Of a stretch of 64,000 bases of DNA, positions 34,552 through 45,082 are shown piece after piece. Made by a program: the position numbers and the translations under genes. The notes under the pieces are model-generated. The model ran no database searches. It was not told where the DNA came from and saw only the letters and a list, made by a program, of their open reading frames with translations. The stretch's first letter is position 1. Each line of letters begins with the position of its first letter. Location of the stretch: positions 576,001-640,000 of the forward strand of contig CAWDYW010000001.1 of NCBI GenBank assembly GCA_963806855.1, read 5' to 3'. This DNA is from an uncultured Verrucomicrobiae bacterium. Its GTDB lineage: Bacteria; Chlamydiota; Chlamydiia; Chlamydiales; Rhabdochlamydiaceae.

Positions 34552-35097
34552 CTACTTCGCAATCAGAGGATGAGTCTCTTCAGTGATCAGATCGCCGAAG
34601 CCGTAGCCGAGCCGCTTGAGCTGGTGGGTGAATGGGTCGCTGTCTTGAAGACGATAACGGGCCCTGTCGGTGGCAAAGACAATGAAAAGGTAGGGAGTCT
34701 GCAGCGCTGCAAAGTCGAGTGGGAATTGCGCGGTGTAGAACGTCACCACACCCGTAGCTAAGTTAATGATAGCGCCGCCACAGGTCTCTGACATGGAGCT
34801 GATCGTCTCGATAGGCAAAGTCCCTTCAAAAAATGGTCCGTATTGAGTGAAGACGATACGCAAGCGCTTTTTCACGAAAAGATTCGCAGCCAGTTGGCCG
34901 AGCCTCGGTGTGTGCAGCGCACTTAAGAGGGGAGGGTTATCCCGCTCAAGATCGCGGCCCGAATGGGTGGGGGCGCTGGCCTGATCGAGGAGCGCCTTCA
35001 AGCTGACAATCTCAATACTCGAATAGAGATCTTCAAACTCGACCTGCCCCTCCTTGCGGAAGAAATTTAGCTGTGACGATGTGATCGTATAACGCAT
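34552..35097 (-). CDS. Conserved chlamydial protein, CT296/DcrA-like
   Basis: FFRKEGQVEFEDL, GRDL and LKRLGYGFGD..HPL motifs; divergent from rnc as in Chlamydia. Confidence 0.6.
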   Translation of the reverse strand: MRYTITSSQLNFFRKEGQVEFEDLYSSIEIVSLKALLDQASAPTHSGRDLERDNPPLLSALHTPRLGQLAANLFVKKRLRIVFTQYGPFFEGTLPIETISSMSETCGGAIINLATGVVTFYTAQFPLDFAALQTPYLFIVFATDRARYRLQDSDPFTHQLKRLGYGFGDLITEETHPLIAK

Positions 35098-35159
35098 GGT
35101 GAGGTCAGTATACTAGAAGTTGTTGTATTTTGAGAAGAAATCCCCTATTTTTAAGGGGA

Positions 35160-35882
35160 ATGAACTCACTTGAAACCCTTTTAAGCCACGCCCCCGAGAT
35201 CGAAGCCACCCTAGGCTATCCCTTTTCCAATAAAGAGTATTTAGTTTTGCCCTTTGTCCACCGCTCCTTTTTCAATGAGAACCGGGGCCTCGTCGCCGAG
35301 CATAACGAGCGTCTCGAATTTTTAGGCGACTCGGTGCTGGGGCTGATCGTCTCAGGATATCTCTATAGCCATCTGCCAACCCAATCTGAAGGGCATCTGT
35401 CCCATCTGCGAGCCCATCTGGTTGGGGCTGAGTCGTGTGTCCGCTATATCCGGCAGCTGGGGCTTGAGAAATTTTTGATGCTCGGCAAGGGAGAGGCAGT
35501 CAATGTCGGGAGGGGCAGAGAGCGGATCCTGGCCGACCTGCTGGAGGCGATCATCGGAGCGATCTACCTCGATGGAGGACTTAAGGCGGCTGTTGAGTTT
35601 GTGATGCGCCATTTCTCCTCCTATATCGATGAGGCGATGGACAGCCCTTTACGCAATTGGAAGGCCGAACTCCAAGACTATTCGCAGAAAAAATTTCAAA
35701 AACCGCCCGAGTATCAGGTGCGAGAAGAGGCTGGGCCGCCCCATAGCAAGACCTTTAGCGTTGCCGTGCTGATAGAAGGGGTCGAAATGGGGCAAGGAGA
35801 AGGGGCATCGAAAAAACAGGCTGAGCAGGCGGCTGCAGAAGATGCGCTCCGCCGAATCGAGAAGGAGGAGAGCCATGAGTAA
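35160..35882 (+). CDS. rnc: Ribonuclease III
   Basis: NERLEFLGDSVLG signature plus C-terminal dsRBD. Confidence 0.97.
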   Translation: MNSLETLLSHAPEIEATLGYPFSNKEYLVLPFVHRSFFNENRGLVAEHNERLEFLGDSVLGLIVSGYLYSHLPTQSEGHLSHLRAHLVGAESCVRYIRQLGLEKFLMLGKGEAVNVGRGRERILADLLEAIIGAIYLDGGLKAAVEFVMRHFSSYIDEAMDSPLRNWKAELQDYSQKKFQKPPEYQVREEAGPPHSKTFSVAVLIEGVEMGQGEGASKKQAEQAAAEDALRRIEKEESHE

Positions 35883-37248
35883 GACCAAGACCTTATGGTC
35901 CTGCAACGAGTGTGGCCATAGCCAGAGCAAATGGACCGGCAGCTGCAGCATGTGCCAGAAGTGGAACACCTTTGTCGAAGAGGTGGAGATCGAGAGCAAA
36001 GGGCGCCGCTTTGAATCATCCTCCGAAAAAGGCGCTCAGCCGATGCGCGTTGGCGAAATCAAAAATGTCTCCTTCAAGCGGATCCTCACCGGCTTTGGCG
36101 AGTTCGACCGACTCATGGGAGGCGGCATCGTCACCGGCTCGCTGACCCTCGTTGGCGGAGATCCTGGAATTGGGAAATCGACCCTGATGCTCCAGGTCTC
36201 CCAGTGCCTCGCTTCCCAAGGATTAACCGTGCTCTACATCTGCGGCGAAGAATCGGTCGAGCAAACCTCCATGCGTGCGCAGCGGCTCAGCATCACCAGC
36301 GATAACCTCTACCTCCTCTCGGAGACCAATTTTACCCACATCAAGCACCAGATCGATCAACTCAAGCCCGATGTGCTCATCGTCGACTCAATCCAAATCC
36401 TCTACAAGCAAGATCTCCCTTCTGCGCCGGGCAGCGTCACTCAAGTGCGGGAACTGGCAACCGAATTCATGCATCTGTCCAAAGGGATGGGCATTTCGAC
36501 CTTCCTGATCGGCCATGTGACCAAAACAGGGGAGATCGCCGGCCCCCGCGTCCTCGAGCACATCGTCGACACCGTCCTCGATTTCGACGGCGACCAGCAA
36601 CATGGCTACCGGATGCTGCGAGGCATCAAAAACCGCTTTGGCCCCACTGACGACATCGCCATTTTCCAGATGAATGCAAGCGGCCTCTCCGAAGTGAGCA
36701 ACCCCTCGCTGATCTTTCTCGAAGAGCGTGGCAAAAAGACGACCGGCTCGGCGATCATCCCCACAATCGAAGGGTCCCGCTCCTTCCTCATCGAAATGCA
36801 AGCGCTCGTCGCCGCGTCTGGCTTTTCCAATCCCACCCGCAAATCGACCGGTCTCAATCCCAATCGCCTCTCGCTGCTGCTCGCCGTCCTCGAGAAGCGG
36901 ATGGGCTTCCAGCTTCACAATAAAGATGTCTTTGTCTCAGTGGCCGGCGGCTTAAAAATCACCGAGCCGGCGATCGACCTCGGCGTGATCATGGCGATCA
37001 GCTCCTCATTCAGCAATCGGGTCCTCGATCCCAAAGTGACGATCATCGGCGAAGTGGGCCTCGGCGGAGAAGTGCGCAGCGTCCCTCGCATCGAGAGCAG
37101 GCTTAAAGAGGCGATCAACATGGGCTTTACCGGCTGCATCCTCCCCAAACGGAACCTTAAAGGGCTCTCCAAAGAGCTGCAAAGTAGCATCCAGCTCAAT
37201 GGGATCGAATATGTCGAAGAGGCGATCGCTGGTTTGACTAGCGCTTAG
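35875..37248 (+). CDS. radA: DNA repair protein RadA/Sms
   Basis: Zn finger, GDPGIGKST, KNRFG. Confidence 0.97.
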   Translation: MSKTKTLWSCNECGHSQSKWTGSCSMCQKWNTFVEEVEIESKGRRFESSSEKGAQPMRVGEIKNVSFKRILTGFGEFDRLMGGGIVTGSLTLVGGDPGIGKSTLMLQVSQCLASQGLTVLYICGEESVEQTSMRAQRLSITSDNLYLLSETNFTHIKHQIDQLKPDVLIVDSIQILYKQDLPSAPGSVTQVRELATEFMHLSKGMGISTFLIGHVTKTGEIAGPRVLEHIVDTVLDFDGDQQHGYRMLRGIKNRFGPTDDIAIFQMNASGLSEVSNPSLIFLEERGKKTTGSAIIPTIEGSRSFLIEMQALVAASGFSNPTRKSTGLNPNRLSLLLAVLEKRMGFQLHNKDVFVSVAGGLKITEPAIDLGVIMAISSSFSNRVLDPKVTIIGEVGLGGEVRSVPRIESRLKEAINMGFTGCILPKRNLKGLSKELQSSIQLNGIEYVEEAIAGLTSA

Positions 37249-37251
37249 AGA
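37167..37251. repeat. 85-bp exact direct repeat, copy 1 (radA 3' end)
   Basis: Identical to 38362-38446. Confidence 0.95.
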
Positions 37252-37262
37252 AAGTTATCGAA

Positions 37263-38297
37263 TTAATTTTTTTTGTTAAGTTCGGCCTCAATTTGCTCGA
37301 TAGTGGGTAGATTTGACTGAAGTGTTTCGATTAGTTTTGTTGTATAACTCGAAACCCCTATTGGCTTTTGGAAATTTTGCAACGTATATTCAACCATAAG
37401 TCTCTTTTTTGTTTTGCAAAGAATCATTCCAATAGACGGTTCATCATTATGCTGTTTGAGCTGAGCATCGATAGCTGAGAGATAAAAACTAATTTTGCCT
37501 ACATATTCTGGTTTAAATGCTCCGCTTTTAAGTTCAACGACAATGAAACGTTTAAGTTTAAAATGATAAAAGAGCAAGTCGATAAAAAATTCTTCTCCAT
37601 CCACCTCGATCTTATACTGCCTTCCTACAAAAGCGAATCCGGTTCCTAGTTCGATTAGAACTTTTTGGATGTGCTCAATTAAGCCATCTTCGATCTCAAG
37701 TTCATCTGCTTTTTCTCTTATCATTAGGAATTCAAAGCAATAAGGATCTTTCAATTCTGCTTTTGCAAGATCAGATTCTATCTTAGGTAATGTAGTGGCG
37801 AAATTTGTAATAGCTTTGCCTTGCCTATTATAGAGATTGGATTCTATCCACATTTCTAAAACATTTCGGCTCCATCCATTTTCTATAGTCTTTTGCGCGT
37901 ACCAAAGGCGTTCATTCAAATCTTTAAGTTTGTCAATTAAAACCATATTATGTCCCCAAGGCAATTTTGCAGCAGCTTGCTGCAAAATTACAAATTCAGG
38001 ATATGCTTCAGCGAATTGCTTCATATAGAATAGGTTGCGGACTGAAAAGCCTGCCATTTTAGGAAAAGAGATCTTAAGATCTTCGGCTAGTCTCTCGATA
38101 ACCTTTGTTCCCCACCCTTCCCTTTTTTGGCGTTGTGCGATCTCTTGTCCCATCTCCCAATAGAGCTTAATGAGTTCTGTATTCACAGAAACTGCCGCTT
38201 TGAGTTGGGAACAGCGGATTTTTTCTTTAATGATATTTAAGAGATCGGCATAGCTAACAGCAGTACTCTCTGAGTTTTTGACAGAAGAGGCTTTCAT
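37263..38297 (-). CDS. YhcG/DUF1016 PD-(D/E)XK nuclease-domain protein
   Basis: VNTELIKLYW, GFSVRNL, LKDPY, IDLLFYH, VVELK. Confidence 0.93.
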   Translation of the reverse strand: MKASSVKNSESTAVSYADLLNIIKEKIRCSQLKAAVSVNTELIKLYWEMGQEIAQRQKREGWGTKVIERLAEDLKISFPKMAGFSVRNLFYMKQFAEAYPEFVILQQAAAKLPWGHNMVLIDKLKDLNERLWYAQKTIENGWSRNVLEMWIESNLYNRQGKAITNFATTLPKIESDLAKAELKDPYCFEFLMIREKADELEIEDGLIEHIQKVLIELGTGFAFVGRQYKIEVDGEEFFIDLLFYHFKLKRFIVVELKSGAFKPEYVGKISFYLSAIDAQLKQHNDEPSIGMILCKTKKRLMVEYTLQNFQKPIGVSSYTTKLIETLQSNLPTIEQIEAELNKKN

Positions 38298-38361
38298 GAA
38301 GAGAATCCTTATTAAAAAAAATGTTTTGATTTAGATTAGCAAACAGGAATGAAAAAAGAAA

Positions 38362-38446
38362 CTCCAAAGAGCTGCAAAGTAGCATCCAGCTCAATGGGAT
38401 CGAATATGTCGAAGAGGCGATCGCTGGTTTGACTAGCGCTTAGAGA
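38362..38446. repeat. 85-bp exact direct repeat, copy 2
   Basis: Identical to 37167-37251. Confidence 0.95.
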
Positions 38447-38623
38447 CTGGGCGTGTCGTCAAATTCCGAGTGGCTGAATTCGAGTTCTTTTCCCCTAGGA
38501 TGCGATAGCAGATCGGGGGTAATATTAGCAGATATAACTCCCGATCTGCTATACCCCGCGCCGTCCAAAATTGTGGATTTGGACCCACGCGAAAGCCTCG
38601 CTGTATAATAGTGAGTTTTGCAA

Positions 38624-39883
38624 CTACCCCAAGACATCAGGATTTTTCTTCGCGATATCTTCGCAGATGCGATATAACTCGTCGAAGAGGGGCGCTGTCT
38701 TTCGATATTCTTTGGCAGTTTCGAAAGCCTCTTTCCAGAGAATCGGATTGCCATGAAGAATGAGCTCTTCTCGAATGCCTACCGCGATCAATTCTGATAG
38801 CTCCGGGAATCCTTCTTTATAGACTTTAATGCAATCCTTAGCTGAATAGATCCCCAGACCAATGAGATTGAGCTTCTGGCCTTTCAAAAATTCTTCGACA
38901 ATCTCGATGAGTTGCACGTGCGTATTATCATGAGCATACGCGATCACCCTCGCACTAGTTTCTTTGGATAGCTTTTCTTTAATGGCGCGGCAGGCTGCTT
39001 CTTCAAATTCCCTGTTTTGCTTTTCCTTCCCAAAAGTTGAATTGAGACTGATTAATCCTAAGCAAGAATTCAATGTGATGTCATGATGAAAGCAATCACA
39101 GTTAAGAAAATAGACTAATTCCCTCATTAAGGAAATGCTACAGTTAATCTCAACTATACCGTCATGATGAGTCAGTTCCCCGGAGTTTAATGCCTTTCTA
39201 AAGAAAGCAGAATACTTTTTCAGAAGTTCAGGATCGACTGGCAGGTCTGCAGATTGTCCATCCTCCCATACTCGAATCGTAAAATCTTTACGCCCTTTTT
39301 CTTGTTCCGCTTCAATTGTGGGCTTTAGGCTGATCTTTGCTCTTCCAGTAGGCAGCTCTTCATCGAAATGGGGTTGTGCAATAGATCTAGTAATCACAGG
39401 GACTGTTCGATTTAAGTAATCTGCATAGTGCTGGCTGTAGTTGAAGACCTTTGCACGATCGGGATTCTGATACCAAGTTTCAAACGTAGCGCCTCGAGAA
39501 ATCAAGTCCTGAGTGCATAAGAGATTATAAGGGACCGATTGATGTCTATTTAATGGATCGATCTCGATCTCGATGACCTGGTTTTCACGAGCTGCCAAAA
39601 GCAACCTAAGGGGAAGCCAATTGGGAAAATGATCACTGACCAGAGCTCTTTCATTTTTTGGTCGATGCCAATACACCGCCTCATTATCTCTCCATTCGTA
39701 GACACGGACAGGGACAATCACATCTCCCTCTTCGATTGGCGTTTTCAATTTCTCAGAAAGTTTGATTACTTGATCTTTAGCAGCGACATAGGGATCACGC
39801 TGAGGATTAAAGTAGATGCATCCGTGATAAAAAGCATCCCCGTGTTTTTTAGGTGTCATTGCCGGGGCAAATGGCGTCATCAT
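38624..39883 (-). CDS. BTB/POZ-like domain protein
   Basis: DFTIRV...LPVDPELLKKYSAFFRKAL...MRELVYFL resembles the BTB consensus. Confidence 0.65.
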   Translation of the reverse strand: MMTPFAPAMTPKKHGDAFYHGCIYFNPQRDPYVAAKDQVIKLSEKLKTPIEEGDVIVPVRVYEWRDNEAVYWHRPKNERALVSDHFPNWLPLRLLLAARENQVIEIEIDPLNRHQSVPYNLLCTQDLISRGATFETWYQNPDRAKVFNYSQHYADYLNRTVPVITRSIAQPHFDEELPTGRAKISLKPTIEAEQEKGRKDFTIRVWEDGQSADLPVDPELLKKYSAFFRKALNSGELTHHDGIVEINCSISLMRELVYFLNCDCFHHDITLNSCLGLISLNSTFGKEKQNREFEEAACRAIKEKLSKETSARVIAYAHDNTHVQLIEIVEEFLKGQKLNLIGLGIYSAKDCIKVYKEGFPELSELIAVGIREELILHGNPILWKEAFETAKEYRKTAPLFDELYRICEDIAKKNPDVLG

Positions 39884-39897
39884 AGTGGTGGGATTCC

Positions 39898-40839
39898 TTA
39901 GGATTCTAGATTCAAAATTGTACGTAAATTTCTAACCACTTCATTGCGGTTTAAGATTTTTGCTTCGTTGCTTTTTGCTCTGATTTCATCTGCCGTGGCC
40001 AGTTTTTTCAGCTGCATTGGAGAGTTATCGATTGCATACCACTTAGAAATATCTGGCCGATATTGCGCCATGACAATGCAGACCTGATTTAGCTCTCTCA
40101 ACGCTGGCCTATCTTGAGAGATCAGATAGAGATCAAACCAAAGCTCTGGCTCTTGTTTTTCGATTAGCCGAGTGCGGAGAAGCTCGCAAAGTGTGCCCAT
40201 ATGCTTTGGCTCAGCTGCAAGAGATTTCTGAAATTGGTCGAATACTTGGTCAGCTTTCTCAGTCTCTACCCATTTGAATTTGTAATAATGGTCAACTACG
40301 GCACCAGTGATTTTGGGGACTTTCTTTTCGAGGAAATCGGTGAGATATTTCTTAGCGTCAAAATCGATTATGGTATCGTCAAGAAATTTCGGTGGTGCGC
40401 GACATTCTTTTTTTGGTTTGAAAATCCAATCTTGGAAGTTAATCCAATCAACATTTGGGATATTCGATTCTTTTTGCGCGCAAAGTAATCGGTATTCGAA
40501 TCCTCTGACCTTCACTTTGATGACATCGCCCTCTCGCCCATGCAGAAGGCTATTTAGAGGGAGTCTTGTGGGAAGTTTATAGCTAATACCGTGAGAATAA
40601 GCAGGACCTGATGTCCATTCATCGGTATCAAGTTTGCCTGGGAAAAAAAAGCTCTCTTTCGTTGACCAAATCCGTACGGTAGCAGTGACCTCGCCTGGCT
40701 GAAGTTCAGAATGATCGGATTTGTAGCGGTCAACATTAAATGCGCTATTCATTACATCATCAATTCGATTAACAGGGTCATCATAAAAAGCGATTTTGGC
40801 ATCGTAATCTCTGCCCTGAATGAGGGGTGTGCTGGACAT
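39898..40839 (-). CDS. Hypothetical protein, partial paralog of 38624..39883
   Basis: Shared LPL..LL..RE..VI...Y.LLC.Q block. Confidence 0.65.
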   Translation of the reverse strand: MSSTPLIQGRDYDAKIAFYDDPVNRIDDVMNSAFNVDRYKSDHSELQPGEVTATVRIWSTKESFFFPGKLDTDEWTSGPAYSHGISYKLPTRLPLNSLLHGREGDVIKVKVRGFEYRLLCAQKESNIPNVDWINFQDWIFKPKKECRAPPKFLDDTIIDFDAKKYLTDFLEKKVPKITGAVVDHYYKFKWVETEKADQVFDQFQKSLAAEPKHMGTLCELLRTRLIEKQEPELWFDLYLISQDRPALRELNQVCIVMAQYRPDISKWYAIDNSPMQLKKLATADEIRAKSNEAKILNRNEVVRNLRTILNLES

Positions 40840-40918
40840 CTCGATTTCTCCTTGGTATCGGTTAGAAGTCGAGAAGTCTAAGAAGATGCACGGAAAATTA
40901 GCAAGTAAAAAACGTTAG

Positions 40919-41082
40919 CTCGACTTTGTACAATTTTTAGCGAGCAGATCTAGAGGAAGCGCTCAGCAAATTATTAATTTCTTCGCGAAATTCATAGCCG
41001 AAGGTACTATTAATGAGCGAAGAAATAAATAATTTGCCGGCGATTCTCTCGGAGATGCCGCTAAAAATTGTACAAAGTCGAG
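40919..41082. mobile_element. 164-bp palindromic MITE/RPE-like element, copy 1
   Basis: Perfect 24-bp terminal inverted repeat CTCGACTTTGTACAATTTTTAGCG; interior matches 53655-53819 in reverse orientation. Confidence 0.85.
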
Positions 41083-41083
41083 G

Positions 41084-42163
41084 TTAGGTCGGCCCAAGTT
41101 GTAATCGTACCAAAGGGGTAATCGGTAGGTTATTTGCAAAGCGGCAATGATAATAGACATTGTCATGAATGTTGATAAAGTCCCCTTCGGCTTTGTGATC
41201 AATAAAGGACCCTTTATGTACCCAGCCATTGGAATTGGTTAAGGTCCCCTCTCCATGATATTTCCCATCTTTAACCTTGCCTACGTACTTTTTGCCAGAT
41301 TTGAAAGTAAACGTTCCAGTTCCATTGGGCGCATCATTTTCAAATTGTCCCTTATATTCATAATCAGGACTTATGAATTTCCCCTTTCCATGAGATGCGC
41401 CGTTTTTAAATTGGCCTTCATATCTTTCGCCATTTGCGAAGACAAGGACTCCATTTCCTTCGTAGCATCTGTTTTTAAATTGGCCTTCATATCTATTGCC
41501 ACTTGCAAAGATTAGGACTCCATATCCATCGAAGCATCCGTTTTGAAATTCGCCTGTATAACATGTGCCATCAGGAAAGGTTAAGGTTCCTTTTCCATGA
41601 TAGAGGTCGTTTTTAAATTGGCCTTCATATCTTTCGCCATTTGCGAAGACAAGGACTCCATATCCATCGAAGCATCCATTTCGAAATTCACCTTTATAGC
41701 TTGTGCCATTTGCGAAAGTATAAATTCCAAAGCCATGTTTTTTTCCATCCTGATACTCGCCATCATATTTTGCCCCGGAAGCAAAAAACATCATTCCTTG
41801 CCCATGCATTTTTCCCTTATGAAACATGCCCTCGTATCTAGACCCATCGTCAAAATACATTATTCCTTTGCCGTGGGGAAAACCCTCATTAAAAAAGCCC
41901 TCATAAAAAACTTTATCGGCAAAACGGATGACTCCTTCTCCGGTGAACTTGATATCATAAGCTTGTTGGCGACTTTCAAAGATTATAATAGACGCCCCGC
42001 TAAGTTTTTTAGATGGGGAGCCTAGGCATTCTTTAGCAAGCGATTCAATGGTAGGGATGTTTTCAGAACCGCTACGCTTGTGCGAGGTAGCTTCTCTCCT
42101 AGGTGAATCAGGCTGAGCAGTTAGATTTTGTAAATCAGATCTTGAAATTGGTGGAACGTGCAT
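41084..42163 (-). CDS. MORN-repeat protein
   Basis: Multiple YEGxFxNGxxHGxG repeats after a Ser/Pro-rich N-terminus. Confidence 0.92.
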   Translation of the reverse strand: MHVPPISRSDLQNLTAQPDSPRREATSHKRSGSENIPTIESLAKECLGSPSKKLSGASIIIFESRQQAYDIKFTGEGVIRFADKVFYEGFFNEGFPHGKGIMYFDDGSRYEGMFHKGKMHGQGMMFFASGAKYDGEYQDGKKHGFGIYTFANGTSYKGEFRNGCFDGYGVLVFANGERYEGQFKNDLYHGKGTLTFPDGTCYTGEFQNGCFDGYGVLIFASGNRYEGQFKNRCYEGNGVLVFANGERYEGQFKNGASHGKGKFISPDYEYKGQFENDAPNGTGTFTFKSGKKYVGKVKDGKYHGEGTLTNSNGWVHKGSFIDHKAEGDFINIHDNVYYHCRFANNLPITPLVRLQLGPT

Positions 42164-42305
42164 TAAAACCTCTATTTGTATTTTTTATATATTATAAACA
42201 ATGTTGAAATTGTTTGCTTGGATTAAAAAACGTTTATTGTGTAAAGATAGGAATTTAATTTAAGATGATCTCTTAGGAACCTATCCAAATTCACACTTTT
42301 GGGTA

Positions 42306-42435
42306 AAGCGGGCAGGGTGGATTGATTTTGTAAATCAGATCTTGAAATTGGTGGAGTTTGCATTAAAATCCTTTTGTGATACTTTTATTATAATATCATA
42401 AACGATGTCATAATTGTTTGTGTGAATTAAAAAAC
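42306..42435 (-). pseudogene. Orphan copy of MORN-gene upstream region and first codons
   Basis: MQTPPISRSDLQN (ATG 42363) versus MHVPPISRSDLQN; upstream AT-rich DNA is also similar. Confidence 0.75.
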
Positions 42436-42525
42436 AATAATTGAGGCTATTCAAAAAATAGAGGTTCAAAAATATTCCTTGGCGGCCTATGATCGGGAAA
42501 AACACTTTAACATTGGAGAAAAACC

Positions 42526-43143
42526 ATGCACGATTTTGTTCCCTATGAACAACCTGATCTTCCCTATGACTTTAACGCCTTAGAGCCAGTGATTTCCGCT
42601 CAGATCATGGAGATTCACTATACAAAGCACCATAAAGGCTATATCACGAATCTCAATGCTGCCCTAGAGAAATTTCTAGAGGCTCAGGAGAAAGAGGATC
42701 TAGGGCAAATGGCTGCTCTTCTTTCCGCCATCAATTTCAATGGGGGAGGCCATCTCAACCACTCGATTTTCTGGACCAACCTGGCTCCGGAAGGGAAAGG
42801 GGGCGGAGGGAAGCCAAAGGGAGAACTTGCGAAGGCGATCGAACAAAAATTTGGCTCCTTTGAGAAATTTGTTGAGGTTTTCAGTGCGAAAACCGTTGCG
42901 ATTCAAGGCTCTGGATGGGGATGGCTCGGCTATGATGCGCAGCTGCAGGGGCTTTGTGTTACCACTTGTGGGAATCAGGATGCGTTGAAAACCAAAGGGC
43001 TGGTCCCATTGCTTGGTATCGACGTCTGGGAGCATGCTTACTATCTACAATATAAAAATGTGCGGGCTGACTATGTAAAAAACATTTGGCGTATCGTCAA
43101 TTGGGACAATGTGTCCGAGCGATATAATAGTGCTAAGAAATAA
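42526..43143 (+). CDS. sodA: Superoxide dismutase (Mn-type signature)
   Basis: [24 protein letters not shown]. Confidence 0.93.
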   Translation: MHDFVPYEQPDLPYDFNALEPVISAQIMEIHYTKHHKGYITNLNAALEKFLEAQEKEDLGQMAALLSAINFNGGGHLNHSIFWTNLAPEGKGGGGKPKGELAKAIEQKFGSFEKFVEVFSAKTVAIQGSGWGWLGYDAQLQGLCVTTCGNQDALKTKGLVPLLGIDVWEHAYYLQYKNVRADYVKNIWRIVNWDNVSERYNSAKK

Positions 43144-43207
43144 TTTAATGTATTGTTTTATTCTGCATTTTTAGTAATAATAGTCTGACAATTATACGCG
43201 AGGTTTT

Positions 43208-44146
43208 ATGGTTATGGGTTTATTTTCTTCAAAGCCAAAGATTAAAATTCAAACAACAAAAAAGGATGGATTCAGCGGGTGGCTTAAATGTACCCACTGC
43301 AGCGAGCTGATCCATGCAAATGAATTAACCCAGAATCTTCACTGCTGTCCAAAATGTGATTACCATTATCGCCTCTCTGGCTCGCAAAGAGTCGAGCTCC
43401 TTGCCGACAAAGATAGCTTTGTCGAACTCTTTAAAGAGTATCGCCCTGTCGATCCACTTCATTTTGTCGACACCGAGCCCTATCTGGAGCGGATTCAGAA
43501 AGCGCAGCAGAAAACAGGGCGGCTCGATGCTGCAATGGTGGGAATGTGCAAAATCGATCGGATGCCGGTTGCCCTTGGAGTCCTCGACTTCTCCTTTATG
43601 GGAGGATCGATGGGATCCGTGGTGGGGGAGAAGCTGTGCCTATTGATCGAACATGCAATCCAAGAAGAGTGCCCGGTGGTGATTGTCGCCGCATCAGGTG
43701 GAGCTCGGATGCAAGAGTCGATCCTCTCGCTTATGCAGATGGCGAAAACCTCAGCCGCCTTGGCAAAATTGCAGGAGTCTTCACTTCCCTATATCTCGAT
43801 TCTAACCAATCCGACAACCGGTGGAGTGACCGCCTCATTTGCAACGCTTGGCGACATCATCATCGCTGAGCCCGATGCATTAATCGGGTTCGCAGGCCCC
43901 CGTGTGGTGGAGCAGACGACGCGTGAAAAACTGCCCCCAAATGCACAAAAATCTGAATTTTTGATCGAAAAAGGAATGATTGATTGCATTGTTAATAGAC
44001 ATGATTTAAAAGAGAAGTTGTCGCTCATGCTAGAACTTTTAACAGGCAACGTGCGCTTGGGTGGAAAGCAGAGCGAACCGAAGACTGAAAAGCTGCAAAA
44101 AATTCTCGAATTGTCGGGGAAAAAGGCAGTTTCAGGCATGCGCTAA
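43208..44146 (+). CDS. accD: Acetyl-CoA carboxylase carboxyltransferase beta subunit
   Basis: Zn finger, [20 protein letters not shown]. Confidence 0.97.
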   Translation: MVMGLFSSKPKIKIQTTKKDGFSGWLKCTHCSELIHANELTQNLHCCPKCDYHYRLSGSQRVELLADKDSFVELFKEYRPVDPLHFVDTEPYLERIQKAQQKTGRLDAAMVGMCKIDRMPVALGVLDFSFMGGSMGSVVGEKLCLLIEHAIQEECPVVIVAASGGARMQESILSLMQMAKTSAALAKLQESSLPYISILTNPTTGGVTASFATLGDIIIAEPDALIGFAGPRVVEQTTREKLPPNAQKSEFLIEKGMIDCIVNRHDLKEKLSLMLELLTGNVRLGGKQSEPKTEKLQKILELSGKKAVSGMR

Positions 44147-44151
44147 TTTTT

Positions 44152-44595
44152 ATGAAAAAAGAAACTGTCCGCATTTGTCTAGAAGAAGATCTGCCGCTTC
44201 CCCAATATGGGACGGAGCTAGCCGCCGGCGCAGATATATGCAGCTCAAGCAAGACAGACATCGTCATCCAGCCGGGAGAATCAGCCCTGATTCCAACCGG
44301 TATCCGGATGGAAATCCCACCAGGCTACGAAATCCAAGTCCGTCCTCGCAGCGGCCTTGCCCTCAAATCGCAAATCACCGTCCTCAATACCCCCGGAACC
44401 ATCGATGCCGACTACCGCGGCGAGCTCAAAGTGATCTTGATCAATCATGGAAAAGCACCCTTTATCGTCACTTACGGCATGCGGATCGCACAGATCGTTC
44501 TCGCGCAGGTTGTCAGGGCCGAATTTGTGGTCGAAACAGCCCTTGCCAGCACGGCACGCGGCGAAGGGGGGTTTGGCCATACTGGGACGCATTGA
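44152..44595 (+). CDS. dut: dUTP diphosphatase
   Basis: [26 protein letters not shown]. Confidence 0.97.
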   Translation: MKKETVRICLEEDLPLPQYGTELAAGADICSSSKTDIVIQPGESALIPTGIRMEIPPGYEIQVRPRSGLALKSQITVLNTPGTIDADYRGELKVILINHGKAPFIVTYGMRIAQIVLAQVVRAEFVVETALASTARGEGGFGHTGTH

Positions 44596-44626
44596 TTTCA
44601 TCAAACGATTTGGAAAAGAGGAACCT

Positions 44627-45082
44627 GTGAGGATTGCCGATTACTTAGATGAAGACCTGGTCTGCTTCTTAAATGCGGGCAACCAGCATGAAGCGCTGAC
44701 CGCTCTCATCAATCAACTCGCCGCGCAGGGAAAGCTGCACGACAAAGAGGCCTTTTTTCAGGCGATTTTGGAGCGGGAAAAGATCATTTCGACCGGCATC
44801 GGCATCGGAGTGGCCATTCCGCACGCCAAACTGACCGGATATTCCGATTTCTTCATTGCAATTGGGATCCAGAAGAAAGGGGGAATCGATTGGCAATCGA
44901 TCGATGGGCTACCAGTGAAGCTAATTTTCATGATCGGGGGACCCGACAACAGACAAACCGAATATCTCAATATCCTCTCGATGATCACCACCGCCATCAA
45001 AGATGAAGGGCGGCGTAAACGTTTAATGAATGCCAGAAATGGGCAAGAAGTCATTGCACTATTTAACCAGGAGCAAAGTTAA
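44627..45082 (+). CDS. ptsN: PTS IIA (Ntr-like) protein
   Basis: REKIISTGIGIGVAIPHAK; GTG start after GAGG. Confidence 0.9.
   Translation: MRIADYLDEDLVCFLNAGNQHEALTALINQLAAQGKLHDKEAFFQAILEREKIISTGIGIGVAIPHAKLTGYSDFFIAIGIQKKGGIDWQSIDGLPVKLIFMIGGPDNRQTEYLNILSMITTAIKDEGRRKRLMNARNGQEVIALFNQEQS

Noticed and set aside
40915..41090. Integron attC site
   Set aside because: GTTAGGT is present on the right, but there is no matching RYYYAAC on the left, no cassette array and no integrase.
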